Shown: positions 38,060 to 48,328 of the stretch, piece after piece
Numbering within the stretch: position 1 is the first letter of the stretch
Layout of the letters: the number at the start of each line of letters is the position of its first letter
Source: an uncultured Chthonomonadaceae bacterium
GTDB lineage: Bacteria; Armatimonadota; Chthonomonadetes; Chthonomonadales; Chthonomonadaceae
Reading direction: 5' to 3'
NCBI GenBank assembly: GCA_963835065.1
Contig: CAWIEK010000053.1
Location: forward strand, 480,001-544,000
Length of the DNA stretch: 64,000 nucleotides
The notes under the pieces: model-generated
Seen by the model: only the letters and a program-made list of their open reading frames with translations
What the model was told of the DNA's origin: nothing
Database searches by the model: none
Program-made: the position numbers and the translations under genes

Positions 38060-38608
38060 TTAATGGGCATTTTTTTGCAGTTGCTCAATCTGCGCTTTGA
38101 CCGCTTCCAAATCGCCATCAATTCGGGTGACGAATCGCCCGTTTCGGTCAATCAACACGCAGGAAGGGATGCCGCCGCCGCCGAATCAATTAAAGACGGC
38201 CTGATCTTCATCCGACAGCAGGGGATACGTCACGTTGTGCTTGTCGCGGAACGCTTTTAATTCCGCGCCGGACTCGCCTACGGCAAGCGCGAGTACTTGT
38301 ACGCCCTTATTCTTGTACGCCTGCCAGATTTCCTGTTCCAATTGCGGAGCCTCCGCATTGCAGCTTCCTCACCACGAAGCGTAGAACACAAGGGGAATGA
38401 TTTTGCCCCGGTAATCGGACAAATGGACGGTTTTGCCGTTCTCATCCTTGAGCGCAAAGTCTTCTACGGGTTTTCCGACCTGCGAGGCAAGCGACCCGTT
38501 CATCGGTTCGCCGGATGTGGCCGGCTTCAAACTCTGCCGGAACGCGAACACGACCCAGGCAATTGCCAGAGCCAATGCCATCGTCAGCAGCGTAACACGT
38601 TTACTCAT
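38060..38608 (-). CDS. TlpA/AhpC-TSA redoxin selenoprotein (UxxC) with a second in-frame UGA
   Basis: Read-through gives DFALKD..LSDYRGK..FYASW-U-GSCNAEAPQL..VTYPLLSD..FN-(TGA)-FGGGGIPSCVLIDRNG; TGAs at 38369-71 and 38186-88. Confidence 0.8.
38339..38360 (-). promoter_or_regulatory. Putative bacterial SECIS element
   Basis: CAAUGCGGA-GGC-UCCGCAAUUG hairpin with a G-containing loop just 3' of the UGA. Confidence 0.6.
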
Positions 38609-38789
38609 TGTTGATTTCTCTTTCAGGCGCGTCTTCTTTGGGGTTTATTCGCGTCCATTCGCGTTTATTCGCGGCTAAATCCTCTTCTAAATCTTCTAAG
38701 TGGAGGTTTGCTGAAAGTTCGTAGTTCCTGCGCGTCTATCAACTACGAACTAGCAACTATCAACTGCTTGGGATTGGAGCGACACACGT

Positions 38790-39933
38790 ATGTCTTCTTT
38801 CGCTATTGACGTTGGCGGCCTGCCCCTGGTTCCCCTGGCAGGCTTGCAGAGCCGCAGTCTCAGCCGCGAGAACCCGGATGGCGGCAAGGGCGCGGGCGGG
38901 CAGGCGGGAAAAGGACGCAAGGGAGCGCCCAACATCGAACCCTTGCGGGCAGGCGAAACCGTCACGCTTGCCGACATAGAAGGTCCGGGCTGCATCCGGC
39001 ATATCTGGCTGACCACGCCACCTGGCAATCCGCTCCATGACCGCAATCTTATCATACGTTGCTATTGGGACGGGCAGGAACAGCCGAGCGTGGAATGTCC
39101 ACTGGGAGATTTCTTCGGCATGGCGCACGGACGCCGCAGGCATTTCGCCAGCGCCCTGACTTCTATGCCGGAAGGCCGGGGATTAAGCAGTTACTACGCG
39201 ATGCCGTTCCGCCGACACGCCCGCATCACGGTTGAAAACGATACGGGCGCAGACGTGCCCATGCTGTTCTACCAGATTGATTATACGGTTGGCGACGCTC
39301 TGGACGACGACACCGGCTATTTTCACTGCCAATTCCGGCGCGTCAATCCGACCACACTGCGCGAGGATTACGTTGTACTGGATGGCGTACAGGGGCGCGG
39401 GCGGTTTTTGGGCTGCGTCATCGGAATTCGGACGCTGGACGCGCATTGGTGGGGCGAGGGCGAGTTCAAGTTCTATCTGGACGGCGATACAGCGTTTCCC
39501 ACGATTTGCGGCACGGGCAGTGAAGATTACGCCTGCTCCGCCTGGGGCCTGGGCGTTCACCACACGCCCTATCACGGCTGTCCGCTGTATCTGCACCAAC
39601 ATGCGGACGGACTTGACCGCGACCTGAACGCCCTTGTCAGCTATTATCGCTGGCATATCCTCGACCCTATTTACTTTCACGAGAACATCCGGGTTGCCGC
39701 GCAGCAAATGGGCGGCGCATCCGTAGAACAGGTTCGGGAACGCATCCAACAGGGCGCAATAGAGTTGGTAACGCCCCTGAAACCCGGCCAGGCATTCACC
39801 CTCTTCGAGCGTCAGGACGACATGAGTTCCGCCGCCTTCTGGTATCAAACCCTGCCCACGCAGCCATTCCCCACTTTCCCTGACCGCGCTATTACGCTCT
39901 ATCGGCCTGGAATCGCGCTTGGAGGAACAATGA
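38790..39933 (+). CDS. DUF2961/GH172-family protein (frameshift near 39890 fuses the ORF to the next gene)
   Basis: GPGCIRHIW, PLGDFFG, WWGEGE, CGTGSEDY, YRWHILDPIYF, DDMSSAAFWYQ. Confidence 0.85.
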
Positions 39934-40262
39934 CATTGGACGACGTATCTATACTGCGACAGCAAGCCATGCAGAGTCTCGAAAAGCACATTCGGCAACA
40001 GCAATCACAAACCCAGGCGGAAATTCGCGCCCATTTGAACGCTCACCTGACAGAAGAAGAACAGGAGCGATTGACCCGAATGCAGGAACGCAGTAAAGAG
40101 CAGGAACCCACAGCGGAAGACTTGGAAGAGCGGCAGGAGCTATTTGCCCGCATTGAGGCCGTAGCAACGGAGAAAGCGGCAGCCATCTGGCTGTTATTGG
40201 GCAATTCGCTCCCAAATGGAGGTGGGAAAGGGGTGATGGAGGATGGAGGAACAAACCCATGA
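39930..40262 (+). CDS. Small helical hypothetical protein
   Basis: Own GGAGG RBS and ATG at 39930; ATGA overlaps on both sides. Confidence 0.6.
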   Translation: MTLDDVSILRQQAMQSLEKHIRQQQSQTQAEIRAHLNAHLTEEEQERLTRMQERSKEQEPTAEDLEERQELFARIEAVATEKAAAIWLLLGNSLPNGGGKGVMEDGGTNP

Positions 40263-40897
40263 ACCTTTCTGCGCAGGAAGCATGTCAAAATCTGGTTGAC
40301 GCGCTTGCGGAAGCCCGCGCTGTCAACGCCGAGCAGAAGCAGCACACAACAGCCGCGCGCCAGAAGGCAGAGGGAGTCGAGGAGCAGGTTCTCTCCATGT
40401 TGAAGGCGCAGCAGGCGGATGTAGCGAGCGCAGATGCGCAACAGCAGCTTCGCCAGTATTATGAGCGAACGCGCAGCCGTTTGCCTTCACAGGACGAAGA
40501 AGCCAATCGCCTTCTACATGTAACATCATTGCGTTTACGCTGGGAAACAGCCCTGTGTGACAGTCAGCTTGCGCTAATGCGCTTGTACGCCTATACCGAA
40601 GCGCAGGCAGGCGCAGAGCAAATCGCGGAAATGCTGCGAACCCTGCGCCTGCTTCAGGTTAAAGAGGTGCCGCGCCCTCGGCCTATGCCCCCGCTTCCCA
40701 CTGCCGATATAGAAAACGCCTCCCAAAAAGACCAACAACGGCAAAACATCGGGATGGCGCTTGATTTCATTAAAGGCATGAGCGGCTACACAGAGCAGGT
40801 ACAACAGTCGTATCAAGAGAGAAGCGACCAAACCCAAACGCTGTTAAAGCAGATATATGAGGAAGCCGAAGCGTTGGCACAGCGATTGAAGGCTTAG
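40259..40897 (+). CDS. Coiled-coil hypothetical protein
   Basis: 212-aa Q/E/A-rich ORF with GGAGG RBS. Confidence 0.7.
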   Translation: MNLSAQEACQNLVDALAEARAVNAEQKQHTTAARQKAEGVEEQVLSMLKAQQADVASADAQQQLRQYYERTRSRLPSQDEEANRLLHVTSLRLRWETALCDSQLALMRLYAYTEAQAGAEQIAEMLRTLRLLQVKEVPRPRPMPPLPTADIENASQKDQQRQNIGMALDFIKGMSGYTEQVQQSYQERSDQTQTLLKQIYEEAEALAQRLKA

Positions 40898-40902
40898 GCT
40901 TC

Positions 40903-41071
40903 GTGACAATTCCCCATTGCTAACGCAAGGGGCTTCTAAGGTTCTTCCCCTACCGTGTGTTGTCCCACACGGATCTGTTACGGAGCAACCCGGAAGGTTT
41001 TCTATCAGGCGGGATTTACGATTTGAGCCTGAAAACCGTTGGAACCTTCCTCTGCCTATGCTCAACTAATT
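40903..41071 (-). ncRNA. Putative TnpB-type omega/reRNA scaffold
   Basis: Nested stems aaggttc/gaacctt, ggttttcaggc/gcctga..aaaacc and ccgtgtg/cacacgg, plus a terminal hairpin ending GTCAC; downstream of a consensus promoter. Confidence 0.5.
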
Positions 41072-41077
41072 GGGTGT

Positions 41078-41107
41078 AGTATACCAGACAAGCATCTGCA
41101 CAGTCAA
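41078..41107 (-). promoter_or_regulatory. Sigma70-type promoter
   Basis: TTGACT-18nt-TATACT with extended -10 TGn. Confidence 0.65.
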
Positions 41108-41676
41108 GCGCGGATGGGAAGATTGCAAAGCCTTTTGCTGAGACAAAAGTTTCGCAACAGGAAGTCCATTCCTCCACATACCTAAACGTAGTGGCTTTCT
41201 GGACTTAGAAGGTAAATTTTTAACCTTCCAAACATAAGGGCGTTGCTTGCTGCGCCCACCAGGAACAACCGGTCCAGAAAAAACACAGAAAAAGAAACAG
41301 AAAAAAGAGCGAAATAACGCGGAAAAAGCGAACCCTTTGCCTCACACAGCCGTCTAAATAGCAGAACAATGTCTATCATCCAAATGTTAGACACCGGAAG
41401 GGAGGTGCAAAGCCTATGTTTCACCCCTCCCGCTCGCCCTGACGCTGCTGAGGCCATGACGCCTCACTCCTACAACTTGACACAACGAGACATCGGGCTG
41501 GAAGCGCTGCATTGCCAAGATTTCGACGCTGCCTCTACATATCATTCTTTCATCCTTCATCCTTTGCTTGCGCCACTTCTCATTGGCAAAGGTAGGCTTC
41601 CCGCCTGTTCGGGAAATTATTGATTTACGGACCCTTAACGCTGGTTTACGCAAAACAGACGCAGGACAAAGCATTT

Positions 41677-42208
41677 ATGAAAATAACAGGGTTTCAGTTG
41701 ATGGATCGCATGGAAGCGCTGCGGGAACAGGGGCAGCTTGTCAACAAGCAGTTCGTGCGCTCCCTGTTTCGCTTTGCCGACGACCAGACGCAGCCCGGAC
41801 CCACGCGACTTGATGCAGGCGTTTGAAGGGTATGAGCGCAAAATCGCGCTGCTGCAAACGGCGCAGGCGCAGTACAATTCGCGGGTGCAGGTGGAAGTTC
41901 GGGGCGAAACCATGCCGCTGCAGCAGGCCATTAAAATGTATGGCAGCATCAAGCTAATCAAGCAGAACTGGCAGACCGCCGCCAAGCCCGACCCAACGGA
42001 CGCCTCCAAGCAGCGCTACTACACCGGCGGCAACGAATTTCTGTCACGGGATAAGGATACCGAGTACGCGCAGCGCGTGGTTTCGATGGAGGAGTGTCAG
42101 CGCTTGGCGGAAGACGCGGCCAACCTTGCGCTTGCCTTGAAACAGGCCATTCGTTCGGGCAATGCCGCCATCATAGACGTGGAAATGGATGCTTCCGCAT
42201 GGGAGTAA
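41677..42208 (+). CDS. DIP1984-like helical protein, tentative (one frameshift near 41795)
   Basis: MKITGFQLMDRMEAL..PDPRDLM..KIALLQTAQAQYN..MPLQQAI..LKQAIRSGN; two ORFs join on removing one C. Confidence 0.65.
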
Positions 42209-42209
42209 G

Positions 42210-42515
42210 AAGCAGAACATGGCAATAAGGCAAAATTAAATTTGTTCCGTCTTGCCTCTGCGTTTTTCGGAACGCGGCGGCAGGAGGCGGAGACTATCAA
42301 AAACTTCTTCGGTCTTCCATATCGGCGCAAAATTGGTTTTCCCGTCCGTCTGAGAACCTTGATTCTTCCCTCACTCGGACCAATCCCTGCTACTGCCGAC
42401 GGTCGAATTCCGTCCGTGATCCTTGCTTGATGGTCTCCGCCTTTTTCCACGCCCGCCCGATAGCTTAACCTTCAACGTACAGTGAGACCGCCGGAAACAT
42501 TTCTCCACTCTGCTT
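42210..42515 (+). ncRNA. Candidate structured RNA directly after the DIP1984-like stop codon
   Basis: UUCG-capped stem 42251-42284; 16-bp helix 42285-42300/42427-42442; hairpin 42398-42414; closing pair 42210-16/42509-15. Confidence 0.5.
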
Positions 42516-42666
42516 ACACCTGCACCGAGCGACGATTTTAACAGATTACGCAACAGTTCAAACATTTGCGCGTATGAGAAGAGAAACGTGTCAGGAGGTC
42601 AGCATCCGTTGAAGGACGACATTCTACTTCCTAAAACGCATTTTACTCCTTTGGAAAGGATCAATC

Positions 42667-43377
42667 GTGCAGCGCGAGTATCATAAATGGCATAGCGACA
42701 TTTTGGGGCGGGATATGGAACTGCTGGTTTTTGGGCAGGGCGGTACGCCGCTTTTGGTGTTTCCCACGTCGATGGGACGGTTTTACCAGTACGAAGATCA
42801 GGGCATGATTGCCGCCACGCAAGCCAAGTACGAGAGCGGCCAGTTACAGGCGTTTTGCGTGGACAGCGTGGACGAGGAAAGCTGGTACAACAAAAGCGTT
42901 TCGCCGCATGACCGCGTGGCGCGGCACCTTCAGTACGAGCGCTACATCATTGAGGAAGTGCTGCCGTTTATTCACGGTCGCAACCAATCGCCCACCTTGT
43001 GCGCGACGGGGTGCAGTTTCGGCGGCTACCATTGCGTCAACTTCGCCCTCCGGCATCCCGACCTGGTCACGCACTGCGTCAGCATGGCGGGCGCGTTCAG
43101 CGTCCGCTCGTTTTTGGACGGCTATTTTGACACGGACGCTTATCTCAACAGCCCCGTAGATTTCCTGCCCAATCTCAACGACGGCTGGTACTGGGAACGC
43201 TATCAGCAAATGCAGATGATTCTCGCCGTCGGCGAAAAGGACATTTGCCTGGCTTCCAACCTCCAGCTCAACGACATTATGAACGCCAAAAGCATCCGGC
43301 ACTGGCTGGACGTATGGGGCAACGGCGCGTACCACGACTGGCCCATCTGGCGGCAAATGGCGGTCAAGTATTTCTGA
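42667..43377 (+). CDS. Esterase (alpha/beta hydrolase)
   Basis: VFPTSMGRF, GCSFGGYH, HDWPIW. Confidence 0.9.
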   Translation: MQREYHKWHSDILGRDMELLVFGQGGTPLLVFPTSMGRFYQYEDQGMIAATQAKYESGQLQAFCVDSVDEESWYNKSVSPHDRVARHLQYERYIIEEVLPFIHGRNQSPTLCATGCSFGGYHCVNFALRHPDLVTHCVSMAGAFSVRSFLDGYFDTDAYLNSPVDFLPNLNDGWYWERYQQMQMILAVGEKDICLASNLQLNDIMNAKSIRHWLDVWGNGAYHDWPIWRQMAVKYF

Positions 43378-43503
43378 AGGGGTCAGGATTGAGGGGTCAG
43401 GGGTCAGGCAATCGCTTCCTCTGGCGGCACATCGCGGTTAAACTTCGGGTCAAAATTAGGGGTCAGTGAGAAGTGAGAGTGACAATTTGATGGGAGTGAA
43501 GCC

Positions 43504-44442
43504 TTGAAAAAAATCGGCATCTTGTACGGCATGGAGAACACGTTTCCGTTTGCGCTGATTGACAAGATCAACAGCATGAAAACGGAGGGCGTGACGGCGG
43601 AAAGTTTGCAGGTGGGCGGCGTAATAATGGACGAACCCTGTGGCTATGACCTGATTGTGGACCGCATCTCCCAGGACATTCCGTTTTATCGCGCGTTTCT
43701 GAAACACGCCGTGCTGACCGGAACCCGCGTGATCAACAATCCCTTCTGGTGGACGGCGGACGACAAGTTTTTCAACTACGCGCTGTCTGCTAAATTGGGA
43801 GTCGCCACGCCGCGCACCGTGCTGCTGCCGCACAATCAGCACCCGCCCGATACCACGTCACAGTCCCACCGCAACCTGATCTATCCTTTGGATTGGGAGG
43901 GAATTTTCGCGTACATAGGCTTTCCCGCGTTCCTCAAGCCTTACAGCGGCGGCGGCTGGAAACACGTTTACAAAGTCCATACGCCCGACGAGTTTTTTGC
44001 GGCCTATAACCAAACGGGCGACTTGTGCATGACTTTGCAGCAGGGCATCGAGTTTGAGGACTATTACCGCTGCTATGTCATCGGGCAGCAGAACGTCCAC
44101 ATCATGCGCTATGACCCGCGCCGCCCCCATGCCGAGCGCTACGTCAAGGAACCCGCGCCCGCGCAGGAGCAGATGAACGCCCGCCTGACCAAAGACTGCC
44201 TGACCCTATGCCGCGCGCTTGGCTACGACATGAACACCGTCGAGTTTGCGGTTCAGGACGGCATCCCCTACGCGATTGACTTTCTCAACCCCGCCCCGGA
44301 CGCCGACATCGCTTCCGTCGGGCAAGAGAATTTTGATTGGATCGTCAACGCGATGGCGACCTACACTGTAGAGGAAGTTCTCAAGCCGACGCACATCGTA
44401 CCCGAACTGCGCTGGTCAAAGTTTCTGGATTCCAGTCGGTAA
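43504..44442 (+). CDS. RimK-like ATP-grasp protein
   Basis: DRIS, INNPFWW.ADDKF, FLKP..GGGWK, NTVEFA, IDFLNPAPD. Confidence 0.88.
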   Translation: MKKIGILYGMENTFPFALIDKINSMKTEGVTAESLQVGGVIMDEPCGYDLIVDRISQDIPFYRAFLKHAVLTGTRVINNPFWWTADDKFFNYALSAKLGVATPRTVLLPHNQHPPDTTSQSHRNLIYPLDWEGIFAYIGFPAFLKPYSGGGWKHVYKVHTPDEFFAAYNQTGDLCMTLQQGIEFEDYYRCYVIGQQNVHIMRYDPRRPHAERYVKEPAPAQEQMNARLTKDCLTLCRALGYDMNTVEFAVQDGIPYAIDFLNPAPDADIASVGQENFDWIVNAMATYTVEEVLKPTHIVPELRWSKFLDSSR

Positions 44443-44450
44443 GAAAGGGG

Positions 44451-44561
44451 GTCAGGTATCAGGTATCAGGTGTCAGGAGGCGATTGTCAGGTGTTCATAC
44501 AAAGCAATGCGAGAGGAATAGAGGTTACCTGACACCTGACACCTGATACCTGATACCTGAC
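44451..44561. repeat. Inverted heptamer arrays (TCAGGTR/YACCTGA)
   Basis: gtcaggtatcaggtatcaggtgtcagg ... cctgacacctgacacctgatacctgatacctgac. Confidence 0.9.
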
Positions 44562-44572
44562 GAGGAGTTTCC

Positions 44573-45202
44573 ATGACAATCCGGCAGTACAGTCTTGGGC
44601 CGATGGACAACAATACCTATCTCATTGTGGATGAGGCGACGAACGAGGCCGCGCTGGTGGACCCATCGTTCGACAGCGAAACCATTCTGCCCGATATTAT
44701 GGCGAATGGCTATACTCTGCGCTATATTCTCAATACGCATGCCCATTTTGACCACATCATGGGCAATGCGTTTTGGGCGCGGGAAACCGGTGCGCCGATT
44801 GCCCTGCACCGCGACGATTTGTTTTTGCTGCAAGGCTTGGAAGACCAGGCCGTGATGTTTGGCTTCGACGCCACGCCCTCGCCCGACCCAACCATTTTTC
44901 TGGAAGACAACCAGACACTTCAATTGGGTCAAACACAAATCAAGGTGCTGTTCACGCCCGGACACGCGCCCGGCCATGTCACGTTCCTTGTCGGCAATGT
45001 TGCGCTTGCCGGGGATTGCCTGTTCGCCGGCAGCATCGGGCGCACTGACCTGCCCGGCGGCTCGCTGCAAACCTTGCTGCACTCCATCCGAACCCGCCTG
45101 CTGACCCTGCCCAACGACACCCGCGTTCTGCCCGGTCACGGCAAGCCAACCACCATAGGAACCGAGCGCAGTCGCAACCCGTACCTGCAAGAGCAAGGAT
45201 GA
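44573..45202 (+). CDS. MBL-fold metallo-hydrolase (glyoxalase II-like)
   Basis: THAHFDH, TPGHAPGH, GDCLFAGSIGRTDLPGG, PGHG. Confidence 0.92.
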   Translation: MTIRQYSLGPMDNNTYLIVDEATNEAALVDPSFDSETILPDIMANGYTLRYILNTHAHFDHIMGNAFWARETGAPIALHRDDLFLLQGLEDQAVMFGFDATPSPDPTIFLEDNQTLQLGQTQIKVLFTPGHAPGHVTFLVGNVALAGDCLFAGSIGRTDLPGGSLQTLLHSIRTRLLTLPNDTRVLPGHGKPTTIGTERSRNPYLQEQG

Positions 45203-45245
45203 GGGATAAGAAGATATTAAGATATAAGATATAAGGGGAGGCGGG

Positions 45246-45815
45246 ATGAAGGCGGAATGTGAGCGGGCGTTTAAGGAATGGGCGGTTTCGTGCGCGGCGC
45301 TGCAAAGCGGGGAGCAAATACTGCTCATTCGCAAGGGCGGCATACGCGAGGACGGAGGCACATTCACGATTGCCGATACCGAGTTCTTTTTGATGCCTAC
45401 CTACGAGCATCAGGACGCGGGGCTATTGCAGCCCCACTGGGTGTCGCGCCTTCATGCTCTGCAAGCCGAACCGCATGACGCGGACAAAGTAACCCTTGCC
45501 GCTTATGCCGTCGTGGACACTATCTTGCAGGCGCGGGATGACGCGCAGGTAAACGCGCTTGCCAATGATCACATCTGGAACGCCGCTTACGTGAAGCAGC
45601 GCTTCGACTTCAATCCCTACGACCCGCTGTACCTGCTGATTCTGCGCGTGTACAACCTGCCTCATCCCGTCACGCTGGAAATGCAGGCCGCGTATGTTGG
45701 CTGCAAATCGTGGGTCACGCTTGACCGCCCACTTTCCACCCGCAACGTTACGCCTGCCCTCTCCGATGAAGCGTTTGCCCAACGTCGCGCCGAACTGCTG
45801 GCAAAACTCAAATAA
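45246..45815 (+). CDS. DUF1802 family protein
   Basis: AFKEWAV, RKGGIRE, PTYEHQ, GCKSWV. Confidence 0.88.
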   Translation: MKAECERAFKEWAVSCAALQSGEQILLIRKGGIREDGGTFTIADTEFFLMPTYEHQDAGLLQPHWVSRLHALQAEPHDADKVTLAAYAVVDTILQARDDAQVNALANDHIWNAAYVKQRFDFNPYDPLYLLILRVYNLPHPVTLEMQAAYVGCKSWVTLDRPLSTRNVTPALSDEAFAQRRAELLAKLK

Positions 45816-46050
45816 TGTGACTCACGACCGCTTCCGGGTTCTTTGCTTCTTTTGCGGTTTTTTTCGTCTTGCCCTTTTCGTTTAGTTCGTGTGTTTCGCG
45901 GTTCCCATCTCTCCTCTTCTCCTTTTCTTCTTTTCTCTGTGAAACCTCTGTGCCTCTGTGTCTCTAGCGCAGCGGGTGGTGAACTTCTCCCTCTGGAACT
46001 GCTGCGCGAGGGCTGTGGCGGTGATGAGCGGGCTTTACAGGGATGGAAAC

Positions 46051-47541
46051 TCACGGCGAGGCGAGCAGCTTCAAGAGACTATCCGCTGACTTTTCGGCTT
46101 CCGCGAAGTTACTGGCTTTCAGGGCGGCATCCAGTTGGCGCATCAGGGGTTCGGCCAGCGCCTGTTTCCCGGTTTTCTGAATCCACGCCGGCAGTTCCTG
46201 TTGTATCCGATGAATTTTGGCGGGCAGACGCTCCAGATAGGAAGAGGTCACAGACGGGGACTCCACCAGGCGTTCGCCCCGCAAGAACTTCCGATAGGCG
46301 CGCAGGGCTTCCTCCCCCTCCGTCACCACGCGGAAGTCCATCTGCTTGTTCGCCTCGCCGCCCACTCCCCACGAGAAGATATTTACGAGCGTCGCGCCAT
46401 GATTGAACATTGTCGCCAGGTAGGTTTCCATGTTCATGCCCGACTGTCCCGGCCCGCTGCCAAGCTGCAAGTTCGTGCCTTCACTGGAAGCCCACCCCGG
46501 ATGCCCATGCCGCGCCACTTCGCCCGCGATTTGCGCGAAAAGTCCGGGCTGCGGATACGTGCTAAAGCCGGGACGCCGGAACTTCCCAAAGGAAACGGCG
46601 GGAAGCGCGAAATGGTTGTGTTCCGAGTACGAGGACGTATGCGAAGGCAGTCCTGCAAACAGTTGTTGCGGGAAAAACGCTGTGTGCGAGTATATTTTGT
46701 CTGTGGAAACGCCTGCATCCGCAAGCCCTTTGCACCAGACGGTAATAAACTCCTCGACGATCTTCTCGCGCTCCCCGTCCATGTCGCGGGGCGGATGGTT
46801 CTTGCTGAAACCGCGATTGACCAGCGCATGATAGCCCAAAGAACGGCCTGTGTCGAAGTCCTGCCCGATTTGTGTTTCCCATCCCGCAATCACGCCCGCG
46901 AACAGGTCCTCCTTGCCCTGCCGCCGGAGTTGGTCTGCACCCGCTTTGATCGCTTTGCCGATGACTTCGGCGCGACGCCGCGCTTCGGCCTGAATCGCCT
47001 TGCTGTTGAAACACATCTGCGGAGGAATCTTTTTGGGATGTGGCCCCCAATCTATGCGCCGCCCGGTTGTGGGCGTCCCGTCCCAATCCAGCCATTCCAC
47101 ATTGTCCGGGCTGCGCCACAGGTCGTTGCGCCGCGCCCAGAACATCGAATCGTCCAGATGAAACCCGATGGCGACCTTTTGTTTTAATGCGATAGCAAAG
47201 GCCGACGCAATGAGGCGCTGTACTTCGGCATCGGAATGGTCAAACGACAGGGGGCCGAAGATGATTGCCAGCCGGTTGTGTTTATCGCCGCTGCTGCCGA
47301 TTCTATGAACAACGTCCTGCGTAAACGCGCTCAATTGGTCTTGCGAAGGGATGGAGCCGAGCGGAAGCAGCCCCGAATCGCCAATTGCCAGTGTCGGGTC
47401 GGGCGCTCCGGTGAACACTTGAAAGGCCAGATAGCGCGTTTGCGCGCTCTCCTCAACCCGTGTCTGTGAAAACGCCGCGCCGGCGGCAAGCAGCAGGCCG
47501 GCAAAAACGCCCAAAATTTGCGGCACGCTTCCAACCCGCAT
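46051..47541 (-). CDS. Exported hypothetical protein, possibly a glycoside-hydrolase-like barrel
   Basis: Signal peptide; long ORF with AGVIAGWE, IYSH, PGFSTY, WASSE. Confidence 0.65.
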   Translation of the reverse strand: MRVGSVPQILGVFAGLLLAAGAAFSQTRVEESAQTRYLAFQVFTGAPDPTLAIGDSGLLPLGSIPSQDQLSAFTQDVVHRIGSSGDKHNRLAIIFGPLSFDHSDAEVQRLIASAFAIALKQKVAIGFHLDDSMFWARRNDLWRSPDNVEWLDWDGTPTTGRRIDWGPHPKKIPPQMCFNSKAIQAEARRRAEVIGKAIKAGADQLRRQGKEDLFAGVIAGWETQIGQDFDTGRSLGYHALVNRGFSKNHPPRDMDGEREKIVEEFITVWCKGLADAGVSTDKIYSHTAFFPQQLFAGLPSHTSSYSEHNHFALPAVSFGKFRRPGFSTYPQPGLFAQIAGEVARHGHPGWASSEGTNLQLGSGPGQSGMNMETYLATMFNHGATLVNIFSWGVGGEANKQMDFRVVTEGEEALRAYRKFLRGERLVESPSVTSSYLERLPAKIHRIQQELPAWIQKTGKQALAEPLMRQLDAALKASNFAEAEKSADSLLKLLASP

Positions 47542-47612
47542 GTTTATGATGCCTTCCCCAAAGAACAAAACTTATTGTCGGGCCAAAGGCCGGAGGAGGG
47601 CAGAACCCTCCA

Positions 47613-48227
47613 TTATGTCGGCGGAACGTTTTTAGCACATTCGGCGCAGACAGCATCGAGAGCGCCCAGCAGTTCCGGCAGCGTCTTCAAGCCGTACTGA
47701 TCCGTCTCCCAAACTTCGCCTGCCTGCGTCAGCTTGTAGAACTGCCAGCCCTGCCCATTACTTACAATCCCGTACACGTCTAAGTTGTGGCCTTGCTGCG
47801 CGTTGTTCCAGCGGCAGGCCGCCATCTCAGCCAGGCACTGCGCCTGTCCCTGCACAAAATCATCGCGCTTGGCTTCGGCAACACACAGCAGGGGTATGGC
47901 AAGATAGGCGTAATCCGGCGCAATCAGGTAGTCGGCTACGCCAATGAGAGTATCGGTGCTTAACGAGGTCGCTTTCCAGACTTTGAGATGCGGGTGCAGC
48001 GGCACGATTTCGGCGAACAGCGCGTCAATAAGCAACGTCTTCGCCATCTCCGTGGTTTGGGTGTCGAAAACTTTCAGGCGGCGCAAATGCTCCTGTAAGG
48101 GTTCCGTAGGCGGGCGCGGCGGCGCATGGAGGTTCCAGGGCGTGAACCGCGTGATAGGTATCAACTGCATTGCCTCTTGCAGACGAATGGCGGCATAGTT
48201 ACGTTTCTTCTTCGTTGGCTTTTTCAC
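47613..48227 (-). CDS. PD-(D/E)xK-like hypothetical protein
   Basis: GVADY, VAEAKRDDF.QG.AQCLAEM, YGIVSNGQGWQFYKL. Confidence 0.75.
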   Translation of the reverse strand: MKKPTKKKRNYAAIRLQEAMQLIPITRFTPWNLHAPPRPPTEPLQEHLRRLKVFDTQTTEMAKTLLIDALFAEIVPLHPHLKVWKATSLSTDTLIGVADYLIAPDYAYLAIPLLCVAEAKRDDFVQGQAQCLAEMAACRWNNAQQGHNLDVYGIVSNGQGWQFYKLTQAGEVWETDQYGLKTLPELLGALDAVCAECAKNVPPT

Positions 48228-48328
48228 AGGCGACTTTCTCAGAAAGGCTCGAAACAGGGAAGGGTGTGCCCCAACAATTCGGCGCGGACGTGGGGAATAC
48301 CTGCCGAGAGAGAAGGAACAGCATCCTG

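Larger units (their letters stand above)
40903..41211 (-). mobile_element. Non-autonomous IS200/IS605-type mini-element (no ORF)
   Basis: Minus strand: left-end-like hairpin gaaagccactacgtttaggtatgtggaggaat and right-end-like gaagccccttgcgttagcaatggggaattgTCAC. Confidence 0.6.

Noticed and set aside
38790..40262. Apparent GH172 fusion to a helical C-terminal domain (490-aa ORF)
   Set aside because: An internal GGAGG RBS + ATG at 39930 and an alternative frame ending in an ATGA overlap indicate two genes joined by an indel.
41395..41620. Possible c-di-GMP riboswitch (GCAAA/GGCAAA with hairpins) upstream of the DIP1984-like gene
   Set aside because: The required two-stem arrangement with a GNRA loop and receptor could not be built.
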